A stretch of DNA of 64,000 bases from an uncultured virus (IMG/VR IMGVR_UViG_3300050134_000033) (lineage: Duplodnaviria > Heunggongvirae > Uroviricota > Caudoviricetes): the IMG/VR virus record IMGVR_UViG_3300050134_000033; one strand, 5' to 3'. Position numbers and translations under genes: made by a program. Position 1 is the stretch's first letter. Every line of letters begins with the position of its first letter. Shown one piece after another: positions 9,775-18,808 of the stretch. Below the pieces are notes generated by a model. That model had not been told where the DNA came from and made no database searches. It saw only the letters and a list, made by a program, of their open reading frames with translations.

Positions 9775-10328
9775 AGATACCGTAGTTTGCGGAATTTTAT
9801 GTGTAATTTTTTGCGAGAGCCCTTAACATTCGATCAAGATCGGCATCTGGGAATGCTCCGCGAGCACGATTGTATATCCAGCAAGTTACGCGGACGTTCT
9901 CGGGTGTATAACCTCCCGTTTGAATCTTTCGATCAAGGGATGGACTAAATGCGTTTTCCTTATGCCGTCCTCGTCCGCTACCAACCGAAAGATCAAAAGG
10001 AAGTCCCGTAACCTCGCATACACCCGCATCGAGCTTTTTCTCAATCCACTCGCGTGTGATTGAACACGTCACGTCAAGCTGTTTTGCTCTTTGGTGGGCG
10101 CTATTCAACATGTGAGCAGCACGCCCCCTCGTTGTAACGTAATAGACGGAGAACACGCGAGCCTCTCCATCTGCGCTCCGTTCCCTCACCAACCCTCGGC
10201 AATTGTCACACCTTAATTGATCTTGATGGGGCGGCACCAACCCGCATTTAGTGCAGAGCCCTGCGGTCTTTCTAGCGTAGTATGTCGCCGTTCCTTGTGG
10301 ATGCTCCATACTTATAGATACCGTAGTT
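9775..10328. repeat. 13-bp direct repeat AGATACCGTAGTT flanking the HNH gene
   Basis: Identical copies at 9775-9787 and 10316-10328. Confidence 0.8.
9797..10309 (-). CDS. His-Me finger (HNH-like) endonuclease with N-terminal Zn finger
   Basis: CTKC..CDNC; CEVTGLPF...SPSLDRKIQTGGYTPENVRVTCWIYN. Confidence 0.8.
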   Translation of the reverse strand: MEHPQGTATYYARKTAGLCTKCGLVPPHQDQLRCDNCRGLVRERSADGEARVFSVYYVTTRGRAAHMLNSAHQRAKQLDVTCSITREWIEKKLDAGVCEVTGLPFDLSVGSGRGRHKENAFSPSLDRKIQTGGYTPENVRVTCWIYNRARGAFPDADLDRMLRALAKNYT

Positions 10329-10474
10329 GACTAACTATGGTTTACGTTTTTTCGAATATTTTACTTCCCAAAGGCGGTGGATCAGGAAGATGTTGAAAAC
10401 CCCGAGCGAGGTTAGGGGGTGTTTGTCATGCAGAAGGACGAAGGCTAAGGCAAGCCATAGGACGCTGAGGTACA

Positions 10475-10798
10475 TCAGTACATGCTCTCGGGGATATTGA
10501 TACGGATGGAATCAACCGTGCCGCCGGGAATGTTCCACGCAGGGTATCCCAGTCCGCTACCCGTTTGAAGCTCTTTGGGGACGGGCTGAGGCATGGCGGG
10601 GTGACAATCATAGCCTGTCTCGCGGGTAGCCGAGTATAAACCCGAGCAAACGATCATGTATCTGGCGGGGTTGTAGAACTCGGGGAGAAGAACGAATATC
10701 ACGGCATCGCCGTGACGCTGCACGGTTGCCGTTTTGGTGTCCTTGGCAAACAGGGAAGTCGTAAGCAAGACAAGCAGGATGGTTGAGAGCAGTTTCAT
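10475..10798 (-). CDS. putative secreted protein
   Basis: Signal peptide MKLLSTILLVLLTTSLFA. Confidence 0.6.
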   Translation of the reverse strand: MKLLSTILLVLLTTSLFAKDTKTATVQRHGDAVIFVLLPEFYNPARYMIVCSGLYSATRETGYDCHPAMPQPVPKELQTGSGLGYPAWNIPGGTVDSIRINIPESMY

Positions 10799-10876
10799 TT
10801 CGCGTGCACCGCTATGAAAGTCATAACTCCGACCATCACCAAGATGAGCGACATGCCGATTGTGACGAGCCACACA

Positions 10877-11284
10877 CTACGCTGGGGTTGTGTCATTTGC
10901 CTTCTCCTGCTTCTTTTTCCAGTCGGCGATTGCCGCACGGATGGCGTCCTCGGCGAGGACTGAACAGTGAATCTTCACTGGTGGAAGAGACAACTCACGC
11001 ACAATTTCCATGTTTTTGATGGTGAGTGCTTGGTCGATGGTTTTACCCTTAACCCACTCAGTAGCGAGAGAGCTAGAAGCAATGGCAGACCCACATCCAA
11101 AAGTCTTAAACTTAGCGTCTTCAATGATTCCGGTCTCCTTGTTGACCTTAATTTGGAGCTTCATGACATCCCCACATTCGGGGGCACCCACCAACCCAGT
11201 GCCAACGTCGGAACTGGTTTTATCCATAGACCCCACGTTACGCGGATTGTTGTAATGATCCAAAACTTTTTCGCTATACGCCAT
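10877..11284 (-). CDS. iscU: Fe-S cluster scaffold IscU
   Basis: YSEKVLDHYNNPRNVG, GAPECGDVM, FGCGSAIASSS, LPPVKIHCS. Confidence 0.97.
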   Translation of the reverse strand: MAYSEKVLDHYNNPRNVGSMDKTSSDVGTGLVGAPECGDVMKLQIKVNKETGIIEDAKFKTFGCGSAIASSSLATEWVKGKTIDQALTIKNMEIVRELSLPPVKIHCSVLAEDAIRAAIADWKKKQEKANDTTPA

Positions 11285-11696
11285 TCAACTGCCTCTTCAT
11301 GTACGCGATGACCATCTCGTGTTCTTCAATCGTGCCCCGATTTTTGATCGTGTTAGCGCGATGACTAATGACTGCTACGTTTCCTTTCACGTATCCGCGA
11401 TCTGACTTCAGACGATCTATGCTCGGTGAGTTCGGCATAACATGTTTCTTCCTGCCGTAGTCCAGCATGATTCCAAGTACGGGACAGTGTGTCGGCAAGG
11501 GCAAAAGGTCTTCAATCGTCAAATCGAATTCCCGACCGTTTCGCTTGCACTGGGCTCGTTTATTTGCAAGCATACAGACGGCGGGCTGGGCAACACGATA
11601 TCTTCGAGCAAGCTCTCGCCGCTCCTTCTTGTGCTTCCTTCGATAGGTTCGGTCGTATCTCCGCTGCTGTTCTTTGGTCCTCAAGCCTTTCGCCAA
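11274..11696 (-). CDS. HNH-like endonuclease
   Basis: CPVLGI...SPSIDRLKSDRGYVKGNVAVISHRANTIK. Confidence 0.82.
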   Translation of the reverse strand: MAKGLRTKEQQRRYDRTYRRKHKKERRELARRYRVAQPAVCMLANKRAQCKRNGREFDLTIEDLLPLPTHCPVLGIMLDYGRKKHVMPNSPSIDRLKSDRGYVKGNVAVISHRANTIKNRGTIEEHEMVIAYMKRQLNGV

Positions 11697-11902
11697 TCCC
11701 TCATGCTCTTAATGTACAGTGCCAACAAAACAGCGTTCATGGGCATAAAACCCCACAGCTTGTAATGAGCGTTGATGACCGTCAGGGGGATCAGGTTCGC
11801 TGTGTGAAACAGCCAACCCCACCAAAACTTACGCCCGACGAAGTAGACCCCTACCAAACCGAGCGTGCAAGAAACCCAGTCTAGATGATACGGGATCGCC
11901 AC
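11681..11902 (-). CDS. small 3-TM membrane protein resembling half of a PnuC transporter
   Basis: Three hydrophobic segments, KFWWGWL and Y..S...W pattern. Confidence 0.55.
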   Translation of the reverse strand: MAIPYHLDWVSCTLGLVGVYFVGRKFWWGWLFHTANLIPLTVINAHYKLWGFMPMNAVLLALYIKSMRDWRKA

Positions 11903-12094
11903 TTATGTTCCTTTCTTCATTCGGCCTTCGGCTTCCTTCGCCGCGTCGGCCAACACGTTTCGCTGCGTGTTCTGTCCCTGTTCACCGCAGATCGAACACT
12001 TAGTCGGGCCTTGACGAAATCCGCCCACACTGCACCACTCGATGTTCCACAGATGCCCGTTGGGGCACTTCAGTTCAATGATTCCCCAGCCCAT
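11903..12094 (-). CDS. small zinc-ribbon protein
   Basis: CPNGH...CSIC. Confidence 0.55.
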   Translation of the reverse strand: MGWGIIELKCPNGHLWNIEWCSVGGFRQGPTKCSICGEQGQNTQRNVLADAAKEAEGRMKKGT

Positions 12095-12333
12095 TATGAT
12101 AACCCACTCGGCCCCGGCATTGGCGGGGCATCGTAAATCACACCGATCTTGTTGCCGTCACGGTCGTAAATCGGTCTGTCATAGTTCGGCGGATCGTCCC
12201 GCGTCGATCCTCTTGACGGCTCGGACTTCGGTCTGTTCCTATCGGGCTTTGGCTTACAGTCCATCGCGGGGAATTTGATTACTTCCCGCTTGTAGGTGCC
12301 CGCAACTTCGTCAAACAGTTCGCGGTTATCCAC
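12094..12333 (-). CDS. hypothetical protein
   Basis: 79 aa ORF abutting its neighbours. Confidence 0.45.
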   Translation of the reverse strand: MDNRELFDEVAGTYKREVIKFPAMDCKPKPDRNRPKSEPSRGSTRDDPPNYDRPIYDRDGNKIGVIYDAPPMPGPSGLS

Positions 12334-12449
12334 GGATTTTTCCCAAAGCTACCCGCTTTTTGTAACGAGCGATGGAACGCATATCGTCGCGGTGATCCAG
12401 ATACGCATTGATCTTTTCGAGTTTGCCGAAGAACCACGTCAGGATTTTC

Positions 12450-12773
12450 TTACGCATTGAACGAACTCCCACAACCGCAAGTGCTCTTGACATTCGGATT
12501 GTCGAACTTGAAACCCGCACCTTCGAGCGTCTCCAAGTAGTCAACGGTAACGCCGTCGAGGTACATGAAAGAAGTGCCATCGACCAGCAGCGTCAGGCCG
12601 TCGAACTCGAACGACTTGTCCATCATGCCCTTCTCGTTGTCGAACTGCATGGAGTACGAAAAGCCCGAACAGCCGCCGCCCTTGACGCCCAGCCGTAACG
12701 CTGAGGGCACTGGGTCTTGAGCCGCCATGATCTCTTTCACTTTTAATACTGCCTTGGGAGTTAGGGTAATCAT
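12450..12773 (-). CDS. iscA: A-type Fe-S carrier IscA/ErpA (HesB family)
   Basis: GGGCSGFSY, NPNVKSTCGCGSSF. Confidence 0.96.
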   Translation of the reverse strand: MITLTPKAVLKVKEIMAAQDPVPSALRLGVKGGGCSGFSYSMQFDNEKGMMDKSFEFDGLTLLVDGTSFMYLDGVTVDYLETLEGAGFKFDNPNVKSTCGCGSSFNA

Positions 12774-13453
12774 TTGACCTCTCTTAAACTATGGGGCTTC
12801 CAATTGCCCGAGCCTTCTTCCATCGGGTGCCAATACATCTCCGCATATTGCGCGGGGTCCCAACTCGGGTCAAGGTCGGCACCAGAGATTTCCTCGATTT
12901 GAGGATCGCTTACCGCCAGTATGACCGAATCTTTCAGCGCGTGGTCCCAGCCGCCTTTTGCCGCGTAATCTTCGGCGGTGTCGAGCCCGTTCCAAAGGTA
13001 CACGCCGTAACCCAGATCACCCCAGCCGCCCTCGAACCCGTTCTTCAAGATGCTATCAGCCGATGCACGGTCTGTTACATGGTAATACTCATACGTCGCC
13101 TTCTTCAGGAGGGGATTATCGAACGCACTGTTTTTCTGACCTTGGAGCTTCTTCACTTTCTCTATCAGCATCTCGACCGTCTGCTGAAGTTGTGTGTTCG
13201 CGTCCTTCAGATTCTTTATTGTATCATGACGTGCCTGATCCATCTCAGCTTGTGGGCGGGGAGGCTTAGGTCTGAATGACGTGACCGCTTTGTCCGCCAT
13301 ACCAGTGAGGCTCAGATCATCGACTGCGAAGGGAATCCAATCGTTGACGTTGCCGCTATGAACCCACTGATCGGCTACATGCTCGCTGGTGACTACGGCA
13401 ACCGGACGCTGCTCGCTCCCAACAGTGGTTGTCAGGACAAATACGTCTTCCAT
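12770..13453 (-). CDS. protein with coiled coil and C-terminal ADP-ribosyltransferase-like domain
   Basis: YYHVT..A.SILKNGF...GDLGYGVYL resembles the H and Y strands of PARP-like ARTs. Confidence 0.55.
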   Translation of the reverse strand: MEDVFVLTTTVGSEQRPVAVVTSEHVADQWVHSGNVNDWIPFAVDDLSLTGMADKAVTSFRPKPPRPQAEMDQARHDTIKNLKDANTQLQQTVEMLIEKVKKLQGQKNSAFDNPLLKKATYEYYHVTDRASADSILKNGFEGGWGDLGYGVYLWNGLDTAEDYAAKGGWDHALKDSVILAVSDPQIEEISGADLDPSWDPAQYAEMYWHPMEEGSGNWKPHSLREVK

Positions 13454-13935
13454 TAAGCCTTCTCCTCAAGAGCCGCGTGCAGGTCAGCGATCAACTCGTC
13501 GATGTCGTGGTACATGGGAATCTTGAAATGCTCGGCGTAGATGTCGAGGTTGGCTTGACGATAGAACCCCTCTTCCGCACAAATCATGGCGTCCTTGCGG
13601 GTGCCGAAAGCCCCCAATTCAAAGAACGTGATCGGGGCCTTAGAGTCCTTGGTGAACACGAAGAGGTTCATGTCCGAATCTTCTTGAGCGGTGATCTCCC
13701 ACATCACTTGGCTACGGAAGGGCTCGCAGTCCTTGCACTGCTCCCAAGAGGCATCCCAATCGTCACGGCGGGGGTTTAGAACGAGGATGTCGAGATCATC
13801 GAGGGCACGAGCCACCTTCTTCTGCCAGTCTTCGGCGCTGCCTTGGTCGATAGCCCCGGCTAAGAAAATGGTGTATTTTAGGTGCTTCTGGTATGTACCG
13901 GGTGCTTTAACCTCGGTCGCCGCAACCTTGCCCAT
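13453..13935 (-). CDS. nucleoside 2-deoxyribosyltransferase-like protein
   Basis: IFLAGAI...DWQ, LNPRRDDWD, QVMWE, APITFFELG. Confidence 0.85.
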   Translation of the reverse strand: MGKVAATEVKAPGTYQKHLKYTIFLAGAIDQGSAEDWQKKVARALDDLDILVLNPRRDDWDASWEQCKDCEPFRSQVMWEITAQEDSDMNLFVFTKDSKAPITFFELGAFGTRKDAMICAEEGFYRQANLDIYAEHFKIPMYHDIDELIADLHAALEEKA

Positions 13936-13970
13936 GAAAGTGCCCTCTACTATGGGCTAAAAAGTCAGTT

Positions 13971-14627
13971 TTACTCAGGAAACCGGAGGATGCCGACCTC
14001 TTCCAACGTCTGGATCAGGCGGCCCTTGTCGGCGTTGTCCCGATAGAACTGCTGGTGCTTTTCGTACCCTGTGAGTTCTTTCTTTGCCTTGCCCTTGCCC
14101 TTCTTGCTCTTGTCGTTCTTGCGGTTCATCAGGGCGTCGTAGTAATCCGCCAGAGCCAATAGGCGGGCTGCCCCATCGATGAACTCCTTCTTGGGCTCCA
14201 ACCACTCGGGGAGGGCTGGCAGCTTCGCGGGATACGGCTTGGGACCGAACTGGTGGTGCCGCACAATAATGGCGGCGGTGAAGTCGTGCAGCTTGTCGAG
14301 CATCGTCCAACCGAGGATGACGTGAGGCTCCATCGCCTTCATGTCCTTCTTGGTGAATTTCGCAGTCTTAGCGAGAGTTTCGAGGGGGATGGCAACCTTG
14401 CCAATGTCGTGCAGCGCACCAGCCCAGAGCAGAACCTTGGGGGTGATGCCCGGGATGGCGGCGGTACGGGCGATAGAGCCCGCGAGGACGGCGACACGCA
14501 TCGAATGCTGGCAGGTAGCTGGGTCTTTGTCGTTGAGGACCTTCAAGTAGTCGAAGATGCGCTCCTGATTCGCCTCACTGATGCCGTTCAAATCCATCTG
14601 CTGAATCAACTGTCCTTCAATCGCCAT
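13971..14627 (-). CDS. HD-GYP-like phosphohydrolase
   Basis: HSMRVA, LHDIGK, PHVILG, HHQ, PYP, LADYYDAL. Confidence 0.85.
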   Translation of the reverse strand: MAIEGQLIQQMDLNGISEANQERIFDYLKVLNDKDPATCQHSMRVAVLAGSIARTAAIPGITPKVLLWAGALHDIGKVAIPLETLAKTAKFTKKDMKAMEPHVILGWTMLDKLHDFTAAIIVRHHQFGPKPYPAKLPALPEWLEPKKEFIDGAARLLALADYYDALMNRKNDKSKKGKGKAKKELTGYEKHQQFYRDNADKGRLIQTLEEVGILRFPE

Positions 14628-14639
14628 AAGAGTTTCCCA

Positions 14640-15323
14640 TTAAAACTGAATTTTTCCGTCTTCGAGCCTCGCAACCTCCAATGGGTCGAGAAGCTTCTCA
14701 CAGGTACATTGTATCAAATGTCGGGGTCTGTTGTCTTCAACATCTTGCGTGAGCAAGAATTGCTTCATTGGGCAGTCGTCGTTGGGGTGGGCTCCCGCCG
14801 CACGCTTGAGCATCACCTGCTCGATAACCTCGTGCATGGTGCGCTCGTGCTCGGGCATCTGCCCCATGCTTCCGTCGTAGGGCCAGACTCCCAACATCTG
14901 TTTGGCGCTCACCAGCACCACGGGAGCGGGGCTGGCAATTGGGCGAGCCATACGGATGCGATCCATCGCCGTGTCGAAATCTGTGATGCCGATGTAATCC
15001 ATGAATGACGCCGTGATGGTGACTGAACGAGAGATGCCAGCCGCACAGTGGATCAGGATGACGTGCCCGGTCTCGTACATGAATTTGAGCCAGCCGAGAC
15101 ACTCTGCGAACTGGTGACGAGGAATCTCGTGCCCATCATGGAACGGGATGTGCCGATAGATGATCTGGGGGTTCTTTTCGTAGGGCGGCTCTGTGCTGAC
15201 GTTCAGGACGGCAGTGATTCCCTTAGGGTTCTCGGTCGCCAGCATAGCGGCTTGGATGTACCCACCCACCCAGAGGCGGTGGTCAACCTGCGTCATCGGA
15301 ACTGCATCAAACCAGTTAGCCAT
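14640..15323 (-). CDS. dual-specificity protein phosphatase
   Basis: CX5R loop IHCAAGISRS and upstream acid FHD. Confidence 0.9.
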   Translation of the reverse strand: MANWFDAVPMTQVDHRLWVGGYIQAAMLATENPKGITAVLNVSTEPPYEKNPQIIYRHIPFHDGHEIPRHQFAECLGWLKFMYETGHVILIHCAAGISRSVTITASFMDYIGITDFDTAMDRIRMARPIASPAPVVLVSAKQMLGVWPYDGSMGQMPEHERTMHEVIEQVMLKRAAGAHPNDDCPMKQFLLTQDVEDNRPRHLIQCTCEKLLDPLEVARLEDGKIQF

Positions 15324-15450
15324 TAGTCACCCCACACCCAGCCGCACACGCATACCAAAACCTCGGCAAGGTGGTGTTTCCGTAAATCTCGACCGCACTT
15401 AGCGCACCGTCGCATCCACATACCTATGAAACGCGAATTGTCTTAGTTTA

Positions 15451-15792
15451 CTACGCCCAGACGTGCGGGTCTAGACGTTTCGCAACGCGACGTGCCACAA
15501 GATACTGAATCTGATGAATATAAAGCTGAAGCTCTTCCTTTTCAGAGGGATGAACCTCTTTGAGCTTACCATACGCATTCCACAGCCGAGCGGTCATGCG
15601 AAGGACTTTCTCCTCCTGCTTTGTCAGACCATCCTCGCGATGTGTTGTGGGAAAAACCAGCCCCGCCTTGTAATCGTCCGGTAGCGGGAGTTCAATCTGT
15701 CGAGGGTCTTTCGAGGCGGCTCGACGCCGACGTTCATCCGGCGATAGCTTTTTCAATGGCTCTCGCCTCACGTGCGACTTTCTTTGCCTCAC
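15451..15792 (-). CDS. hypothetical protein
   Basis: 113 aa ORF, start uncertain. Confidence 0.5.
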   Translation of the reverse strand: MRQRKSHVRREPLKKLSPDERRRRAASKDPRQIELPLPDDYKAGLVFPTTHREDGLTKQEEKVLRMTARLWNAYGKLKEVHPSEKEELQLYIHQIQYLVARRVAKRLDPHVWA

Positions 15793-16024
15793 GTTCCCTT
15801 TTCCGTGTGATCTGCGCTTGCAGGTTGCGAATCTGTTGCGGGTGCCGCGCCACGTCGTAAGCCAAATCCTCGAACTCGGCCTGTGTCATCGGCGGCTCGG
15901 GGGCATCGTTGTAGCGGTTCAGGATCGCCATTTGATCCTTCACATATTGCTGCGTGAGTTGCCAAAGATCGTCGTCGATCTTGAGCGTGTGCTTCTTACC
16001 TACGAATGACCAGCGACCTTTCAT
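15734..16024 (-). CDS. hypothetical protein
   Basis: 96 aa ORF, start overlaps upstream stop. Confidence 0.55.
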   Translation of the reverse strand: MKGRWSFVGKKHTLKIDDDLWQLTQQYVKDQMAILNRYNDAPEPPMTQAEFEDLAYDVARHPQQIRNLQAQITRKREREAKKVAREARAIEKAIAG

Positions 16025-16221
16025 GACTTTTTATACCCCTTCTTGACGAGATCAACTGTAACGCCGATGTAGTCCACACCATCGTTGACAGTCCCATTGT
16101 TCAGCACCGCTTGGTAGATGTCGTTGACCATCGTCTGGGGAACGCGAGGACAGTCACAAAAAACTTCCTCGCGGTCGGTCATCCCGTTGAGCTTACCGCA
16201 TTTCCTGCATACTGTGGTCAT
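16021..16221 (-). CDS. small Cys-rich hypothetical protein
   Basis: CRKC..CDC; directly follows a sigma70-like promoter. Confidence 0.55.
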   Translation of the reverse strand: MTTVCRKCGKLNGMTDREEVFCDCPRVPQTMVNDIYQAVLNNGTVNDGVDYIGVTVDLVKKGYKKS

Positions 16222-16227
16222 AGTGCG

Positions 16228-16256
16228 ATTTTACCTCAAATCGTCGCATTTCTCAA
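16228..16256 (-). promoter_or_regulatory. sigma70-like promoter, leaderless
   Basis: TTGAGA-17-TAAAAT, 6 nt before ATG 16221. Confidence 0.6.
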
Positions 16257-16390
16257 CGTAATCTTACACGGCCCCTTGCAGTCCTTGTCCTTGTTCGCCC
16301 CATCCGCCCGCAGGACGTAGCCGCAGGTCTTGCACACCTTGTAAGTCTCGGTGGTGTGGAGCAACTCGTTTACTGGCACCCAGATATGCT

Positions 16391-16669
16391 TCAATTGATC
16401 TTCCCCTGCTTGTGCTTCGCGAAAACCCCCATCGGCACGCAGCCCGTGTCTTCTAGATACGACTCCGCTGCATCGCGATCCATTATCATTATGGGGCCGT
16501 CATCAACGGTGACATCAACCACGTTGGGTATAAACTCTTGGGTCCCCTGAACGAAGTGGGGCTCCACACGAACAAGCTGCGGCAGGCCCGTCATTGGGTC
16601 CATCCGCGCAAACTGCCGCTTGTCCAGCCATTTTCGCGGAAACTCAAAATCCTCTTCTTCTTCAAACAT
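16391..16669 (-). CDS. hypothetical protein
   Basis: 92 aa ORF. Confidence 0.5.
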   Translation of the reverse strand: MFEEEEDFEFPRKWLDKRQFARMDPMTGLPQLVRVEPHFVQGTQEFIPNVVDVTVDDGPIMIMDRDAAESYLEDTGCVPMGVFAKHKQGKIN

Positions 16670-16866
16670 TCAGCAACCGCTCGATTTCCTTGGCGGTCTT
16701 ATCAACAAACTTGGCGTCCGCCTGATCGGAACAATACGCCGAGATGAATATAGTCGGTTGGCTGGACTCGGGCATCTGTTCGAGGTAGAACGTTAACTCC
16801 TGACCCTTGGAGTTGTATGGCATGGGGGCGAGTTGTGCACCCGTAATCTTCCATTGTTTCTTGGCT

Positions 16867-17394
16867 TTAGTCTTCATTGTCGGCCTCTTCCTGCCCGCCG
16901 AATGTCTGCGTTGCGGGCGCGGGGTTGGTGATCTTGGTCTCGCCATAGGCAATATCGGTGCCGTGGTGGTGTCCCCAGTGAACTTCCACATCGATTGGGA
17001 ATTCGATGTCCCAGAAGCCCAGCACCACGTCGTCGCTGACATCCTTCAGGAGTTGCGCGAATGTCCGCTGTTCGGCTTTGACCGCAACACTGCGTTTATT
17101 CCACTCCTCAGTCTCAGCCGCGTGGATCGCCTTAACCTCGGCGACCGTCTTGTCGGGATACTGATCGTATCGTGGGCCGTCCCCCGGAGCGGAGGTTCCA
17201 ACCAGCTTCTTAGCCGCCTCTGCCGCATCGAGATACGTCTTCCGAGCCTTCTCGCACAGGGCTTCAAACTCCTCTGTGGTCATGGTCTTGGGAACCCAAA
17301 CATAGGTCGAAGTGCCCCATTTACCTGCGGGCTGATCGCAGCGATAGTGATTGACACGGGCGAGGGTGTAGTCTTTGAAAATCGTGGTAGTCAT
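16867..17394 (-). CDS. hypothetical protein
   Basis: 175 aa ORF with SD GGAG. Confidence 0.7.
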   Translation of the reverse strand: MTTTIFKDYTLARVNHYRCDQPAGKWGTSTYVWVPKTMTTEEFEALCEKARKTYLDAAEAAKKLVGTSAPGDGPRYDQYPDKTVAEVKAIHAAETEEWNKRSVAVKAEQRTFAQLLKDVSDDVVLGFWDIEFPIDVEVHWGHHHGTDIAYGETKITNPAPATQTFGGQEEADNED

Positions 17395-17402
17395 GAGGAC
17401 TC

Positions 17403-17873
17403 CTACCCTCTTAATACTTTGAGTCGGAGCAAAACATCGGCATCTATCGGATTTATTCCATTTTCAGAGGCAAAATCGCCTACGAGATCGGCGAGAGCAG
17501 ACGGTCTGCCTTTTCGAAGGGCGTCGGCGCTCATCTTCGTGAGGATGCTGCGGGTGAGGGAGACGGGCTTACCCGTGAGGAAGTTACGCCAGTCGTATGT
17601 CTTGCGTGTGTTCAGGGCGAGCTTGGCGGTAAGGATGATCGCCTGATCCAGTTGGATGTCGTCTCCGAGGGACGTGGCGGCACGTTCTTGGGCAGCAGCG
17701 TCGGGAACGAACAAGCGAAAATTGCAGTCAGACAGGCGTTCTAGCTGTGTCAGTTCGGACTTGGTGTTTCCCCAACACACTTCGACAAATTCATCTTCGA
17801 CGTGGCGGGAAGCGGTTCCCCAATCGAGAATTGTCGGGCCTTTGTACTGCGGATCAATGACAATTTGGATCAT
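17403..17873 (-). CDS. hypothetical protein
   Basis: Probable start MIQIVIDPQY. Confidence 0.6.
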   Translation of the reverse strand: MIQIVIDPQYKGPTILDWGTASRHVEDEFVEVCWGNTKSELTQLERLSDCNFRLFVPDAAAQERAATSLGDDIQLDQAIILTAKLALNTRKTYDWRNFLTGKPVSLTRSILTKMSADALRKGRPSALADLVGDFASENGINPIDADVLLRLKVLRG

Positions 17874-18046
17874 AACTCTACTGATAGCTTCGGTAGCGGA
17901 GTTTGGATTCATCATCAAGAAGAAATTCTTCAGGCTCAGAATCCCCAGTGTTTATGCGGCTGCTAAGAGGCTTTTCTTTCGCCGCCTGCGCTGCCAATTT
18001 GCCAAGAACAACGTGAAAATTGCCGAGTTGCAGGTTCAGATACATG

Positions 18047-18808
18047 TTAATCGCGTCTCCACGAATGTTCCTTACCCCAATCGTACCACAGCCGTGCGCT
18101 CAGGATGTCGCAACAATGACAGAACGCTGCAAGCTCACCCATGATGCGTTCTCCGGGCTGATACTCTTTATCGGGAATGCCTTCCACGTACTTGAGGGCG
18201 TTCTTCTGATCGTCGCTAAGCAGGATGCCGTACTCTTCGATCAAGCCGTCGCGGAAAGCACGTCGATCTTCCTTTGTCTTCAGTGTCAAATGGCGGTACA
18301 TGTTGCAATTACGGGGCAAGCCCGTGCAATAACGGCAAGCGACATCCGACCAAGCATTGATCCTGTTATGGTCGGCAAGGAGATGACCGCACAAACACTC
18401 GTGAAGCTCTTCCCGTCCATGCAAGTGTTTCCACGGCTTCTCAAGGTCGTGCAGAAACATGACCACCAATGAATCGGATATCAGGAAGGGGAGGCCGCGC
18501 AGATGCTCGAAGGTCCAGTATAACTGGCAAGCAATGTTCATGGTTTCCATCACGTGATCGAGGTAGCCGCCTTGCCACGCTTGATGGTTCTTACTGGAAC
18601 CCGGGGCGTTTGTCATACGCTCGGAGTTTTCAACGATGAGACGTTGTAGCGGCTCGGAGTTGGGAATCATCGCGAGCAGTTCATCGATCCTGAGGTAGAT
18701 GCCGTCCTGAGAAATGAGTTCCATCTCTTTACGCCGCAGGTACGTCATGTACTGCGGACTGCCGAAGTTCGTGGTTTCCCACTCTGGCTTTCCACTCATT
18801 AGAAGCAT
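18047..18808 (-). CDS. HD-domain phosphohydrolase with Cys/His-rich insertion
   Basis: NHQAWQGGYLDHV, FLHDLEKP, HCCDILSAR; insert CLCGH...CRYC. Confidence 0.75.
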   Translation of the reverse strand: MLLMSGKPEWETTNFGSPQYMTYLRRKEMELISQDGIYLRIDELLAMIPNSEPLQRLIVENSERMTNAPGSSKNHQAWQGGYLDHVMETMNIACQLYWTFEHLRGLPFLISDSLVVMFLHDLEKPWKHLHGREELHECLCGHLLADHNRINAWSDVACRYCTGLPRNCNMYRHLTLKTKEDRRAFRDGLIEEYGILLSDDQKNALKYVEGIPDKEYQPGERIMGELAAFCHCCDILSARLWYDWGKEHSWRRD

